Positions 30,888 through 40,908 are shown, numbered from the stretch's first letter. The stretch: DNA of 64,000 nucleotides from Candidatus Cloacimonadales bacterium (GCA_963663475.2 CAXXJV010000001.1:2176001-2240000), one strand, 5' to 3'. Numbers and translations are program-made. Notes: generated by a model from the sequence alone, not told the origin.

Positions 30888-32033
30888 ATTAAAAAGAATA
30901 GACCTGAATGGGTTCCTGAAAATGCTGGGGAAGAGTATTCAACATCTGTAATGCCTGGGAAGTCTAGTAATCATGATGGTTTCCCCAATAGTCATTCTAG
31001 TGTTAGAAAAACCAGTCCGTTAGTTCAAAGAAAGCAATTATCTGTTGATGATTATGTTGAAGGGATTCTTAACCATGACAAAACAAGGCTTGCTAGGGCT
31101 ATCACTTTAATAGAAAGTAATTCAAAAAAACATCTTGCTCTGGCTCAGGAAGTTATCAAAGAAATATTACCCCATACTGGTAAGAGTATAAGAATTGGTA
31201 TTTCTGGTGTACCTGGAGCAGGTAAGTCTACTTTTATAGAAAAATTTGGATTATACTTACTTTCTCTAGACTATAAAGTTGCAGTATTAGCAATTGATCC
31301 ATCTTCTAGTGTAACTAAAGGAAGTATTTTAGGAGATAAAACCAGAATGGAATTGCTCTCAAGGGAGCAGAATTGTTTTATCAGACCTTCTCCTTCTGGT
31401 GGGTCACTAGGGGGCGTTACGAGGAAAACAAGAGAGAGTATCCTTCTTTGTGAGGCTTTTGGTTATGATGTTATTCTAGTAGAAACAGTTGGGGTTGGAC
31501 AAAATGAAGTAACAGTAAGAGATATGGTTGATTTCTTTTTACTTTTACAGATAGCTGGAGCAGGGGATGAATTGCAAGGTATCAAAAAAGGTGTTATCGA
31601 AATATCAGATGCTATTGTGGTGAATAAAGCTGATGGAGATAATATTTCCAAGGCTAAACTAGCTCAAGGTGAGTATCTTACTGCACTTCATTATATAGCA
31701 CCATCTACTCCTGGCTGGAAATCTCAAGCCTTTACTTGTTCAGCACTTACAGGACAAGGCTTGCCTGAAATCTGGAAGATTATAAGAAAGTTTAAGGAAG
31801 TTACAAGTAAAAATGGTTTCTTCGATAAACGCAGGAATAAGCAAATATTAAGCTGGGTTGATTCCATGATAAAAGAATATTTAATAAGTAACTTCTATCA
31901 TAATGGGGAAATAAAGTCTGCTATGCCTCAAGTAGAGTCAAACTTACTTTCAGGTGACATTACTCCAACAAACGCTGTTGAATATCTTCTAAATATATAT
32001 CAAAATAAAGCACAAGAGGAGAAATCTTGTTAA
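30888..32033 (+). CDS. meaB: Methylmalonyl-CoA mutase-associated GTPase MeaB (probable ATT start; first ATG at 30951)
   Basis: GVPGAGKST, AIDPSS...GSILGDKTRM, ETVGVGQ, GDELQGIKKG, VNKAD; frame open back to ATT 30888, 7 nt after GAGGT. Confidence 0.93.
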   Translation: MKKNRPEWVPENAGEEYSTSVMPGKSSNHDGFPNSHSSVRKTSPLVQRKQLSVDDYVEGILNHDKTRLARAITLIESNSKKHLALAQEVIKEILPHTGKSIRIGISGVPGAGKSTFIEKFGLYLLSLDYKVAVLAIDPSSSVTKGSILGDKTRMELLSREQNCFIRPSPSGGSLGGVTRKTRESILLCEAFGYDVILVETVGVGQNEVTVRDMVDFFLLLQIAGAGDELQGIKKGVIEISDAIVVNKADGDNISKAKLAQGEYLTALHYIAPSTPGWKSQAFTCSALTGQGLPEIWKIIRKFKEVTSKNGFFDKRRNKQILSWVDSMIKEYLISNFYHNGEIKSAMPQVESNLLSGDITPTNAVEYLLNIYQNKAQEEKSC

Positions 32034-33331
32034 AAAAATATCATTTAATAAGTCTAGGTTGTCCTAAAAACTTAATCGATAGTGAAATATTTTCCTTCCT
32101 TACAGAAGAAGCTAAATATTTACCAACTGAAGATAGTACCAAAGCTGATTTAATTATTATAAATACATGTGGATTTATAGTTTCAGCTAAAGAAGAAGGA
32201 ATTGAAACTATTCTTGAAGCAATAAGAATGAAAGAAGAAGGAATATGTCAAACTCTTATAGTTACTGGATGTCTAGTTAAGAGGTATTTTGATGAACTAC
32301 TAACAGAGTTCCCTGAAATAGATTTCTTAATCAATTTAAAAGATTTTAAAAAATTTGCACAAGTCTTAGGTTTAAAGGATTTTGCTTATAATAGAAAACT
32401 AATGACTCCTAAACATTATGCTTATCTTAGGATAAGTGATGGATGTAATAACAATTGTACTTATTGTGCTATTCCCTTAATTCGAGGTAAATTAACCTCT
32501 ATCCCTATGGAAGATGTTGTTGAAGAAGCAAAGAGACTTGCCAATCAGGGAGTTAAAGAGTTAATTATTACCGCCCAAGATACTAGTCAGTATGGAAGAG
32601 ATATATATCCAGAAGGTAAGTTAATACAACTTCTTAAAAAAATATCTCAAGTTCCTGGAATACAGTGGATAAGATTACTCTATCTACATCCTGCTCATCT
32701 AACGCATCAATTAATTGATGAAATTGCAGAGATACCCAAGATACTTCCATATTTTGATATACCATTTCAACATATTAGTGACAAGATTCTTAGAGGTATG
32801 AATAGGAAGAAATTTAGTGAACATATTAATGATATTCTAGATTATTTAAGCAAGAGAATACCAAATTCAATGATTAGAACTACCTTCATTGTTGGTTTCC
32901 CTGGTGAAGATAGACAGGATTATGAACAGATTAAGAGATTTATTAAAGAAAGAAGATTTGCTAGATTAGGAGTCTTTATTTATTCTCCAGAAGAAGATAC
33001 TCCAGCCTATGCTTTTACTGACCAAGTTCCTAAAAAAACAGCGACTAATCGCTATAATAAGCTAATGCAAATTCAACAAGATATATCAGCTGATATCATG
33101 GGATCATTTATTGGTAAGGAGATTGAGTGTATTATTGATAAGTTAGCTGAAGATGATGAGTATGATTATGAAGGAAGATCATGGTTTGATGCTCCAGATG
33201 TTGATGGAATGGTCTTTTTGACTGATAACAAGACACTAGGAAAGATTGGTGATATTGTTAAGGTTAAGATTACTGATGCTTGGGAGTATGACCTAATAGG
33301 AGAAGTTACCCAGGTCTTGTCTAGTAATTAA
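32027..33331 (+). CDS. rimO: Ribosomal protein S12 methylthiotransferase
   Basis: SLGCPKNLIDSE, NTCGFI, CNNNCTYC radical-SAM motif, GRSWFDAPDVDG TRAM domain. Confidence 0.95.
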   Translation: MLKKYHLISLGCPKNLIDSEIFSFLTEEAKYLPTEDSTKADLIIINTCGFIVSAKEEGIETILEAIRMKEEGICQTLIVTGCLVKRYFDELLTEFPEIDFLINLKDFKKFAQVLGLKDFAYNRKLMTPKHYAYLRISDGCNNNCTYCAIPLIRGKLTSIPMEDVVEEAKRLANQGVKELIITAQDTSQYGRDIYPEGKLIQLLKKISQVPGIQWIRLLYLHPAHLTHQLIDEIAEIPKILPYFDIPFQHISDKILRGMNRKKFSEHINDILDYLSKRIPNSMIRTTFIVGFPGEDRQDYEQIKRFIKERRFARLGVFIYSPEEDTPAYAFTDQVPKKTATNRYNKLMQIQQDISADIMGSFIGKEIECIIDKLAEDDEYDYEGRSWFDAPDVDGMVFLTDNKTLGKIGDIVKVKITDAWEYDLIGEVTQVLSSN

Positions 33332-33399
33332 TTTTCTTGACATATTTTAATGGAAATTTTTTGCTATATTAAAATAAATACAGGTTATAGGTGATTAAT

Positions 33400-33693
33400 A
33401 TGAATATAAAATTTAGAGATGTTTCTCAAGGTATAGTTTTAGCTAGAGCTGTTGTTGAAATAGCCCCAGGTATTTTCATTAATGAAATAACAATGTTACA
33501 TGACAAAATTAATGATGATATTAAGGTAGAATTTCCTACCAAAAGTTTTAAGGGCAAAGATGGCAGACCTCATCATATGAGCATTATTATGTTTTCTTCT
33601 GAAGATAAAAAGACACTTTTTGAGATAGAAATTAAAGAAGCATATAGGAAATGGAGGCAAGACACTAAGAAAGTATTAGTATATGAGTCTTAA
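33400..33693 (+). CDS. SpoVG-like small nucleic-acid-binding protein
   Basis: LARAVVEI..GIFINEI...VEFPTK...DG....II......IEIKEAY follows the SpoVG pattern; ATG 33400 behind AGGTG. Confidence 0.55.
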   Translation: MNIKFRDVSQGIVLARAVVEIAPGIFINEITMLHDKINDDIKVEFPTKSFKGKDGRPHHMSIIMFSSEDKKTLFEIEIKEAYRKWRQDTKKVLVYES

Positions 33694-34987
33694 AGAAGAA
33701 AAAAAAGAATTAGAAAGGGTAGTAATTGTAGGGAGCTACCAAAAGAATTCAGACTATACTGAGTTTGAAGAACTGCTTGAAGAAACAATACTTTTATGTA
33801 AAACAGCTAATTTAGAAGTAATAGAAGTTTTCACTCAAGCTTTACCTAAATATAAGTCTGATACTTATATTGGTAAGGGTAAGTTAGAGGAAATTAATGA
33901 GTATTGTCAAGTATATCATATAAATAACTTGATATTTGTAGATAATCTAACCCCTTCTCAAGCTAGATATATTAGTGAATTTACTCGAGCTAATGTAGTA
34001 GATAGAACTGAGCTTATTCTCAGCATATTTGCTATGCATGCAAGAACTTCTATTGCTAAAATGCAGGTTGAACTTGCTCAGCTAGAGTACAATTATTCCA
34101 AGTTAAGAAATCTCTGGCAGCATTTTTCAAGAATTGTAGGTGGACTAGGAACAAAAGGTCCAGGTGAGAGCCAGCTTGAAATAGATAGAAGACTAGTTCA
34201 GAAGAGAATAAGTTTTTTAAAGAATAAAGTTGATAAATTAAAAAAAGTTACTCATGAACAGAGAAAAAATAGAGATACTTTTTTTAAGATTGCTTTAGTT
34301 GGGTACACAAATGCAGGTAAATCTACTCTTTTCAATACACTAACTAAATCAGAGATTTATGTAGCTGATGAACTTTTTGCTACTCTTGATTCAAAATCTA
34401 AGCTACTTTATAACAAGGCTGGAAAGATTATCATTACTGATACAGTTGGATTTATTAGAAATATTCCTACAAGTTTAGTTTCATCTTTCTATTCTACTTT
34501 AACTGATGTAGTAGATGCAGACTTACTTCTTCATGTTGTTGATGCTTCTAAACCAGGAATAGAAAGAAGAATCGAAGAAGTTAATAATGTAATTAAAGAT
34601 ATTCATGCCGAAGACATACCTGTTATTATGGTTTTTAACAAAGTTGATATTATTGAAGGATTATCTTCTAAGTTTCTCTTGAAAGGGATTAGTTTATCCT
34701 ACAAAAATTCTATCTTTATTTCGGCCAAAGAAAAAACTAATATATCTGCTATAAATGATATTATAAAAGAAGTTATATTAAGTAAAGAAGATAAAAAAAG
34801 AATAGAAATTCCTAAAGAATTAAAATCTTTAATCTCTTTTCTTGACAAAAAATACACTAGTTCTAAAAAATTGTATATAGATAAAAATAAGAGTTATGAG
34901 TATACCTTACATATATCAGATAATGAATATGAAGAGATTAAAAGGCAGGTAGATAAATACCATGAATTACAATTCATTAACTCGTAA
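33683..34987 (+). CDS. hflX: Ribosome-splitting GTPase HflX
   Basis: GPGESQLEIDRR, VGYTNAGKSTL, LFATLD, TDTVGFI, FNKVD. Confidence 0.97.
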   Translation: MSLKEEKKELERVVIVGSYQKNSDYTEFEELLEETILLCKTANLEVIEVFTQALPKYKSDTYIGKGKLEEINEYCQVYHINNLIFVDNLTPSQARYISEFTRANVVDRTELILSIFAMHARTSIAKMQVELAQLEYNYSKLRNLWQHFSRIVGGLGTKGPGESQLEIDRRLVQKRISFLKNKVDKLKKVTHEQRKNRDTFFKIALVGYTNAGKSTLFNTLTKSEIYVADELFATLDSKSKLLYNKAGKIIITDTVGFIRNIPTSLVSSFYSTLTDVVDADLLLHVVDASKPGIERRIEEVNNVIKDIHAEDIPVIMVFNKVDIIEGLSSKFLLKGISLSYKNSIFISAKEKTNISAINDIIKEVILSKEDKKRIEIPKELKSLISFLDKKYTSSKKLYIDKNKSYEYTLHISDNEYEEIKRQVDKYHELQFINS

Positions 34988-35026
34988 TTGTGACAAAAAC
35001 AAAAAATAAAATAAATGGGGGAAATT

Positions 35027-36247
35027 ATGATTAAAAATTTAGATTCCATTCTCTCAACTAATGTTAAGCGTATGAAACGTTCAGCTATTAGAGAATTGCT
35101 AAAGTTAGTCAATAATCCTGATATTATCTCTTTCGCAGGTGGTTTACCTGCTCCTGAATCATTTCCAGTTGAAGAGCTAAGAGATATTGCAATTGAAGTC
35201 TTAGAAAAAGATGGTACTCAAGTACTCCAATATGGAGCAACTGAAGGTGACCCACTTTTAAGAGAACAATTAGTGAAAATGTATGTGGAAGAAGGTCATG
35301 ATGTGACTGTTGATAATCTAATAATTACCACAGCTTCACAACAGGCTTTAGATTTAATTGCCAAAGTATTTATCTCTCCTGGTGATAAGGTTATTGTAGG
35401 ACTACCATCTTATCTAGGTGGATTAAGTGCATTCAATTCTTATGGTGCAGATATGATTGGTATCCCTTTAGATGAACAAGGAATGAGAGCTGATCTTTTA
35501 GAAGAAAAATTAGCTGAGTTAAAAACTATTAATCAGTTACCTAAATTTATCTATATTATCCCTGATTTCCAAAATCCTGCTGGTATCACAATGCCAGAGA
35601 GCAGAAGGATAGAAATCTTAGAAATTGCTCATAAATATGATATTCTTATTATTGAAGATTCTCCATACCGTGAATTAAGATTTGAAGGTAAGCATCAAAG
35701 AACAATGTATCAGTTAGATGGCACAGAACATGTTCTTCTTTTAGGTACTTTCTCTAAAATCTTTGCTCCTGGCTTCAGAATTGGTTGGGTTTTAGGTAAT
35801 CCTGATGTTCTAGATAAAATAGTTATAGCTAAACAAGCTACTGACCTTTGCACACCTCCTTTCACTCAAAGAATTGCTGCAAGATATTTAGAAAAAGGTT
35901 TATTAAAAGAAAATGTAAAGAAAATCATAAAAATGTATAGTGCTAAAAAAGATATAATGATGGATGCACTTGAAGCTAATATGCCAGAAGGTGTTACTTG
36001 GACAAAATCAGAAGGTGGTTTATTCACTATGATGACCTTACCAGAATATATCAATACTAATGAATTAATTAAAACTGCTATTCAAGAAGAGAATGTAGCC
36101 TTTGTTGCTGGTTCTTCTTTCTTCTGCGATGGTAGTGGAACTAATACATTAAGACTAAACTTCTCATATGCTACTGAAGAAAAGAATTTAGAGGGTGTAA
36201 GAAGATTAGCTAATGTTATCAAAAAAGAAATCAATAAACATAAATAA
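35027..36247 (+). CDS. PLP-dependent class I/II aminotransferase (LysN/ARO8-like)
   Basis: SAIRELLK, ISFAGGLP, PDFQNPAG, EDSPY, GTFSKIFAPGFRIGW, LRLNFS. Confidence 0.92.
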   Translation: MIKNLDSILSTNVKRMKRSAIRELLKLVNNPDIISFAGGLPAPESFPVEELRDIAIEVLEKDGTQVLQYGATEGDPLLREQLVKMYVEEGHDVTVDNLIITTASQQALDLIAKVFISPGDKVIVGLPSYLGGLSAFNSYGADMIGIPLDEQGMRADLLEEKLAELKTINQLPKFIYIIPDFQNPAGITMPESRRIEILEIAHKYDILIIEDSPYRELRFEGKHQRTMYQLDGTEHVLLLGTFSKIFAPGFRIGWVLGNPDVLDKIVIAKQATDLCTPPFTQRIAARYLEKGLLKENVKKIIKMYSAKKDIMMDALEANMPEGVTWTKSEGGLFTMMTLPEYINTNELIKTAIQEENVAFVAGSSFFCDGSGTNTLRLNFSYATEEKNLEGVRRLANVIKKEINKHK

Positions 36248-36259
36248 AGGAGTCGTGCT

Positions 36260-36463
36260 ATGGCAAGAATGACAGTCAATCCTAAATATTGTAAGGGTTG
36301 TGGACTATGTATTGCTGCGTGCCCTAAGAAGATCATCAGATTTTCTGTGAATATTAATGAGAAAGGTTATAACTATGCTGAATGTTTTGATCAAGAAGCA
36401 TGTATTGCCTGTAAACTATGCTACACAACTTGTCCTGATGTAGCGATAACTATCGAAAAATAA
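36260..36463 (+). CDS. 2-oxoacid:ferredoxin oxidoreductase delta subunit (2x[4Fe-4S])
   Basis: CKGCGLCIAACP and CIACKLCYTTCP. Confidence 0.93.
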   Translation: MARMTVNPKYCKGCGLCIAACPKKIIRFSVNINEKGYNYAECFDQEACIACKLCYTTCPDVAITIEK

Positions 36464-36473
36464 GGAGAAGATA

Positions 36474-37553
36474 ATGGCAAAAGTCTTAATGAAAGGTAAT
36501 GAAGCAGTAGCTGAAGCTGCAATCAGATCTGGTTGTAGATTATATTTTGCTTACCCTATAACTCCTCAAAGTGAGTTGATTGAATATATGTCAAGAATGC
36601 TTCCAAAAGTAAATGGAACATTTCTACAAGCTGAGAGTGAAGTAGCTGCAATAAACATGGTTTATGGAGCAGCTGGTACAGGTAAAAGAGTTATGACCTC
36701 TTCTTCTTCTCCTGGAATTTCACTTAAGATGGAAGGAATTTCCTATATTGCTGGTGCTAATCTACCTGCAGTTATAGTGAATGTTCAACGTGGTGGACCT
36801 GGTTTAGGTGATATCCAGCCAGCACAGGGTGACTATTTCCAAGCTACAAAAGGTGGTGGACATGGAGATTATCATACAATCGTTTTAGCTCCTGCTTCTG
36901 TTCAAGAGTTTGCTGATATGGCAAGTGAAGCTTTTGAATTAGCAGATACATATAGAATACCAGTTATGATTCTTTCTGATGGTATGTTAGGTCAAATGAT
37001 GGAACCTGTTGAGTTTAAAGATCCTGCAACTGATGAAGAAATTGAAAAGATGAATAATCGTCATAAAGATTGGTGTATTCATCCAAAAGAAGAAGGTGAA
37101 GCTCCTCATCATAATGAAATCAACTCATTAGAAATTGACCCAAGTGTTTTAGAAAAGCACGTTGAAGATTTAGATAAGAAGTATAAACTTATTGAATCTA
37201 AAGAAATCAAAGTTGAAGAATATAACATTAATGATGATAATGAAATTGTTTGTGTTGCTTTTGGTACTGCTTCCAGAATAGTAAGATCAGCTGTTGACCA
37301 ACTTAATGCTCAAGGTAGAAATATTGGTTTGATCAGACCTATTACAGTTTGGCCTTATCCTTATGCAACTATTGCAAATGCTTTACATGACAAAGTTAAG
37401 AAGGTTATGGTTTTCGAACTTAACTTAGGTCAAATGGTTGAAGATGTAAAACTCGCAGTTAATGGAAAAATACCAGTAGAATTCTTTGGTAAAGTTGGTG
37501 GAATAGTCTTCACACCTGAAGAAATTAAAGCAAAAATCGAAGAAAACTTATAG
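36474..37553 (+). CDS. vorB: 2-oxoisovalerate-type 2-oxoacid:ferredoxin oxidoreductase alpha subunit (VorB-like)
   Basis: KGNEAVAEAA, YPITPQSE, QAESEVAAINMVYGAA, TSSSSPGISL, QGDYFQATKGGGHGDY. Confidence 0.88.
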   Translation: MAKVLMKGNEAVAEAAIRSGCRLYFAYPITPQSELIEYMSRMLPKVNGTFLQAESEVAAINMVYGAAGTGKRVMTSSSSPGISLKMEGISYIAGANLPAVIVNVQRGGPGLGDIQPAQGDYFQATKGGGHGDYHTIVLAPASVQEFADMASEAFELADTYRIPVMILSDGMLGQMMEPVEFKDPATDEEIEKMNNRHKDWCIHPKEEGEAPHHNEINSLEIDPSVLEKHVEDLDKKYKLIESKEIKVEEYNINDDNEIVCVAFGTASRIVRSAVDQLNAQGRNIGLIRPITVWPYPYATIANALHDKVKKVMVFELNLGQMVEDVKLAVNGKIPVEFFGKVGGIVFTPEEIKAKIEENL

Positions 37554-37561
37554 GAGTTAAA

Positions 37562-38305
37562 ATGCAAGTAATCGCAACAAGACCTAAATCATTAACTGAT
37601 TTACAATTTACTTACTGTCCAGGCTGTCTTCATGGTGTTGCACACAGATTGATAGCCGAAGCTATAGATGAATTAGAAATTCAAGATACTGCTACTGGCG
37701 TAGCACCAGTTGGTTGTTCTGTCTTTGCTTACAAATTCTTTGATATGGATATGGCTGAAGCTGCTCATGGTAGAGCTCCTGCTGTTGCAACAGGAATTAA
37801 AAGAGCTAGACCTGAAATGCAAGTTTTCACTTATCAAGGTGATGGAGACTTAGCTGCAATTGGTACTGCTGAGATTGTTCATGCTGCTAATAGAGGCGAA
37901 AACATTTCAGTATTCTTTGTTAATAATGCTATTTATGGTATGACTGGTGGTCAAATGGCCCCAACAACTCTACCAGAAATGAAAACAACTACTTCACCAT
38001 ACGGAAGAAAGACAGATGATGTTGGTTTCCCAATAAAAGTATGTGAATTGTTGAACACATTAGAAGCACCATATTACATAGAAAGAGTATCATTACTTTC
38101 ACCAGCTGATATTTTAAAAGCAAAAAAAGCAGTGAAAAAAGCTCTTCAATATAATAAAGAAGGAAAAGGATTTACTATTGTAGAATTACTCTCTACATGT
38201 CCTACAAACTGGGGTATGACTGCTATTGATTCTTTAAAATGGGCTAGAGAAAAGATGCTTCCTTACTTCCCTGTTGGCAAGTTAAGAGATAGAGGGGAGG
38301 AGTAG
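37562..38305 (+). CDS. 2-oxoacid:ferredoxin oxidoreductase beta (TPP-binding) subunit, VOR type
   Basis: YCPGCLHG, HGRAPAVATG, QGDGDLAAIG, NNAIYGMTGGQ, CPTNW. Confidence 0.92.
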   Translation: MQVIATRPKSLTDLQFTYCPGCLHGVAHRLIAEAIDELEIQDTATGVAPVGCSVFAYKFFDMDMAEAAHGRAPAVATGIKRARPEMQVFTYQGDGDLAAIGTAEIVHAANRGENISVFFVNNAIYGMTGGQMAPTTLPEMKTTTSPYGRKTDDVGFPIKVCELLNTLEAPYYIERVSLLSPADILKAKKAVKKALQYNKEGKGFTIVELLSTCPTNWGMTAIDSLKWAREKMLPYFPVGKLRDRGEE

Positions 38306-38307
38306 TC

Positions 38308-38844
38308 ATGATGTATGAAATTATTAGCTCTGGATTTGGTGGTCAAGGTGCCTTAACTATTGGTAAATTTTTAGCAAAGGCAGGTATGAAAGAAGGTAAG
38401 CATGTTTCTTGGTTACCATCATATGGACCTGAGATGCGTGGTGGTACAGCTAACGTTTCTGCTGTTATTTCAGAGACACCAGTTGCTTCACCAATAGTAA
38501 CTTTCCCTAATGTATTAGTTGCTCTCAACCAACCATCATTAGATAAATTTGCTGCTAATGTTGTTCAAGGTGGATTCATTATTGCAAATGAAGATCTTTG
38601 TCCTAATATTCCTACATTTGAAGGAGTAAAAACAGTATCAGCTCCTTTATCAAAATTAGCTACTGAAATAGGAAGCGATAAAGTGCTTAATATGTTAGCT
38701 ATAGGTATGGTAATAGGTTTAACTGATATGATAAAGTATGAAACAATTGAAGAAGATTTAACTGCCTTCTTACAAAAGAAAAATCCTGAATTGTTAAAGA
38801 TGAATCTAATTGCAATTCAAAAAGGAATTGAGTTAGTAAAATAA
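38308..38844 (+). CDS. 2-oxoacid:ferredoxin oxidoreductase gamma subunit
   Basis: GFGGQG, PSYGPEMRGGTA. Confidence 0.92.
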   Translation: MMYEIISSGFGGQGALTIGKFLAKAGMKEGKHVSWLPSYGPEMRGGTANVSAVISETPVASPIVTFPNVLVALNQPSLDKFAANVVQGGFIIANEDLCPNIPTFEGVKTVSAPLSKLATEIGSDKVLNMLAIGMVIGLTDMIKYETIEEDLTAFLQKKNPELLKMNLIAIQKGIELVK

Positions 38845-38856
38845 CTTAATAGATTA

Positions 38857-38893
38857 AGAGAGAGATTGAGTTTATCCCAGTCTCTCTTTTTTT
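38857..38893 (+). terminator. Rho-independent terminator of the VOR operon
   Basis: AGAGAGATTG...CAGTCTCTCT followed by a T-run. Confidence 0.75.
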
Positions 38894-39032
38894 GTTTATT
38901 ATTTTAGCATATTGCAACCACATAAATAATAATCTTGTCTTAAGATATCAGTAAAAAAATAGTATAAAATCTTAAAGACGCTTGACAAATATATAAGTTT
39001 GAAAAAAATAAAAATAAAACCACTGGAGAAAA

Positions 39033-39836
39033 ATGAAAAAAAGAGCGATTGGTATTTTTGATTCAGGTGTTGGCGGCCTTACTGTATTTAAATCAATCAG
39101 ACAACACTTTCCCAATGAAGATATTATCTATTTTGGAGATACTGCAAGAGTCCCTTATGGTCCTAAATCTAAAAATACTGTAATTAATTATTCTATTCAA
39201 AATACCAGATTTTTAATTCAGCAAAATATTAAATTATTAATTATTGCTTGCAATACTTCCTCAGCAGTTGCCATTCCTCATCTCCAGAAAATGACCAAGC
39301 TGCCTGTTATTGGTGTGATTATACCTGGGGCAGAAGAGGCTATTTCTTTAACTAAAACAGGTAAAATTGGTATTATCGGAACTGAAGGTACAATCAATAG
39401 CCAAGCTTATCAAAAGGAATTGCTAAGATTAAATAAATCTTTAAATATTACTTCTCATGCATGTCCTCTTTTTGTATCTTTGGTAGAAGAAGGTTGGTTG
39501 AATAAAGATGTAACTGATTTAGTAATCCAGGACTATTTAACTAAATTCAAAGATGAGGATATTGACACATTAATCCTAGGATGTACCCATTATCCAGTAC
39601 TAAAACCTGCAATAGATAAATTTTTTAAGGGAAAGGTAAATTTAGTTGATAGCTCTCTTGCTATCATCAAACATATTAATAGACATATTCCAAAATCTGC
39701 AAGTCAAACTGGACAAGACCTTTTTTATGTAAGTGATAATGAAGACAAGTTTGTTAAAATTGCTAATATGATTCTGGAGAAAAAAGTATCTAACTTGAAG
39801 AAAGTCAATCTTGGTGAAAGCTGGTTTGTTGAATAA
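39033..39836 (+). CDS. murI: Glutamate racemase
   Basis: FDSGVGGLTV, PYG, IACNTSS, LGCTHYP. Confidence 0.97.
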   Translation: MKKRAIGIFDSGVGGLTVFKSIRQHFPNEDIIYFGDTARVPYGPKSKNTVINYSIQNTRFLIQQNIKLLIIACNTSSAVAIPHLQKMTKLPVIGVIIPGAEEAISLTKTGKIGIIGTEGTINSQAYQKELLRLNKSLNITSHACPLFVSLVEEGWLNKDVTDLVIQDYLTKFKDEDIDTLILGCTHYPVLKPAIDKFFKGKVNLVDSSLAIIKHINRHIPKSASQTGQDLFYVSDNEDKFVKIANMILEKKVSNLKKVNLGESWFVE

Positions 39837-40897
39837 TGGAAATGCAAGAACTTTATAAATATCTTATTCAAGATTATCTTAAAATATCTTCTGAGCAAAT
39901 TGTTGTACTTTCAGGTCTTATAGATCCACAAGATAATAGCCACACATCAGATATTTCTCATCTTGAAGAATTAGCTTTAATTATTAGAAATCAAGGAGCT
40001 TTTCCTTCTTTAGACCTCTCTTCTAAGTCTCTTAAATTGAGAATATTAGCAGAAACTCCTGAAGAAAAGTATTTCGTACCAACTGACTACTACTTGAACT
40101 GGGTTAAGCTCATTGATGTTATTATCGATTTAAGTTTTCCTGAAATTAGGAATATTTTTACTGATAATCTTTTTACTGCACAAAAGAAAGACTTGATTAA
40201 TAAGTCCTTGCATACAATTTATAAGAATATGTTAATTGCTGAAAAGACAGTACTCTTACCAAATTTCCCTAAAAAATCAATAGCAGATTATTATAATATT
40301 GACTTAAGTGTTTTAGAAGATTTCTATAAATCAACTTTTGAATCAATTGACAAAAAGATGAATGCTAAAGGGAGTAAAATATTGAATCGACTGCTCCCTG
40401 CTACTGCTTATTATATTAAAGATAAAGAGGATGATAGTAAAAAATTAAAAATAACTATTTCCGATCAACAAAGTTACTTCATTACTAATAAAATAAATAA
40501 TTTTTATACTGTACTTCCCTATGGATATGTGGCTTTTACGGTCGATAAAAACCAGCTTGATGGTACAATTAAAGCTGAGAAACTCTACTATAAAGATACC
40601 TGTATAGATGCAGTTGAAATAACTTTTTCTTATGGTAATATTGTCTCAATTCAATTTCCAGAAAACAAGTCAATTTCAGAAATACTTAAAGTAGGTATGA
40701 TTAATAGTAAAGAAAGAGTTGAATTTTTTATAGGGGTAAACAATGGAGTAACTGCTCATTGTAATTATAACTATTATGACCGCTGTATTGATAATAATTT
40801 TAGTCTTGTCTTTTATGACGAGCTTAATCATACTATTGAAATCAGCTCAAGTTGTGTAGAATTAACTAATCTAAACATGAAAAATATTTTATTATAA
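39836..40897 (+). CDS. Hypothetical protein, degenerate M29 aminopeptidase-like fold
   Basis: LPYGYV...DGTI....YY....I..V.ITF..GNIV and EFFIGVN...YDR resemble M29 segments but lack the metal ligands. Confidence 0.5.
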   Translation: MEMQELYKYLIQDYLKISSEQIVVLSGLIDPQDNSHTSDISHLEELALIIRNQGAFPSLDLSSKSLKLRILAETPEEKYFVPTDYYLNWVKLIDVIIDLSFPEIRNIFTDNLFTAQKKDLINKSLHTIYKNMLIAEKTVLLPNFPKKSIADYYNIDLSVLEDFYKSTFESIDKKMNAKGSKILNRLLPATAYYIKDKEDDSKKLKITISDQQSYFITNKINNFYTVLPYGYVAFTVDKNQLDGTIKAEKLYYKDTCIDAVEITFSYGNIVSIQFPENKSISEILKVGMINSKERVEFFIGVNNGVTAHCNYNYYDRCIDNNFSLVFYDELNHTIEISSSCVELTNLNMKNILL

Positions 40898-40908
40898 AAG
40901 GAAAAAAA

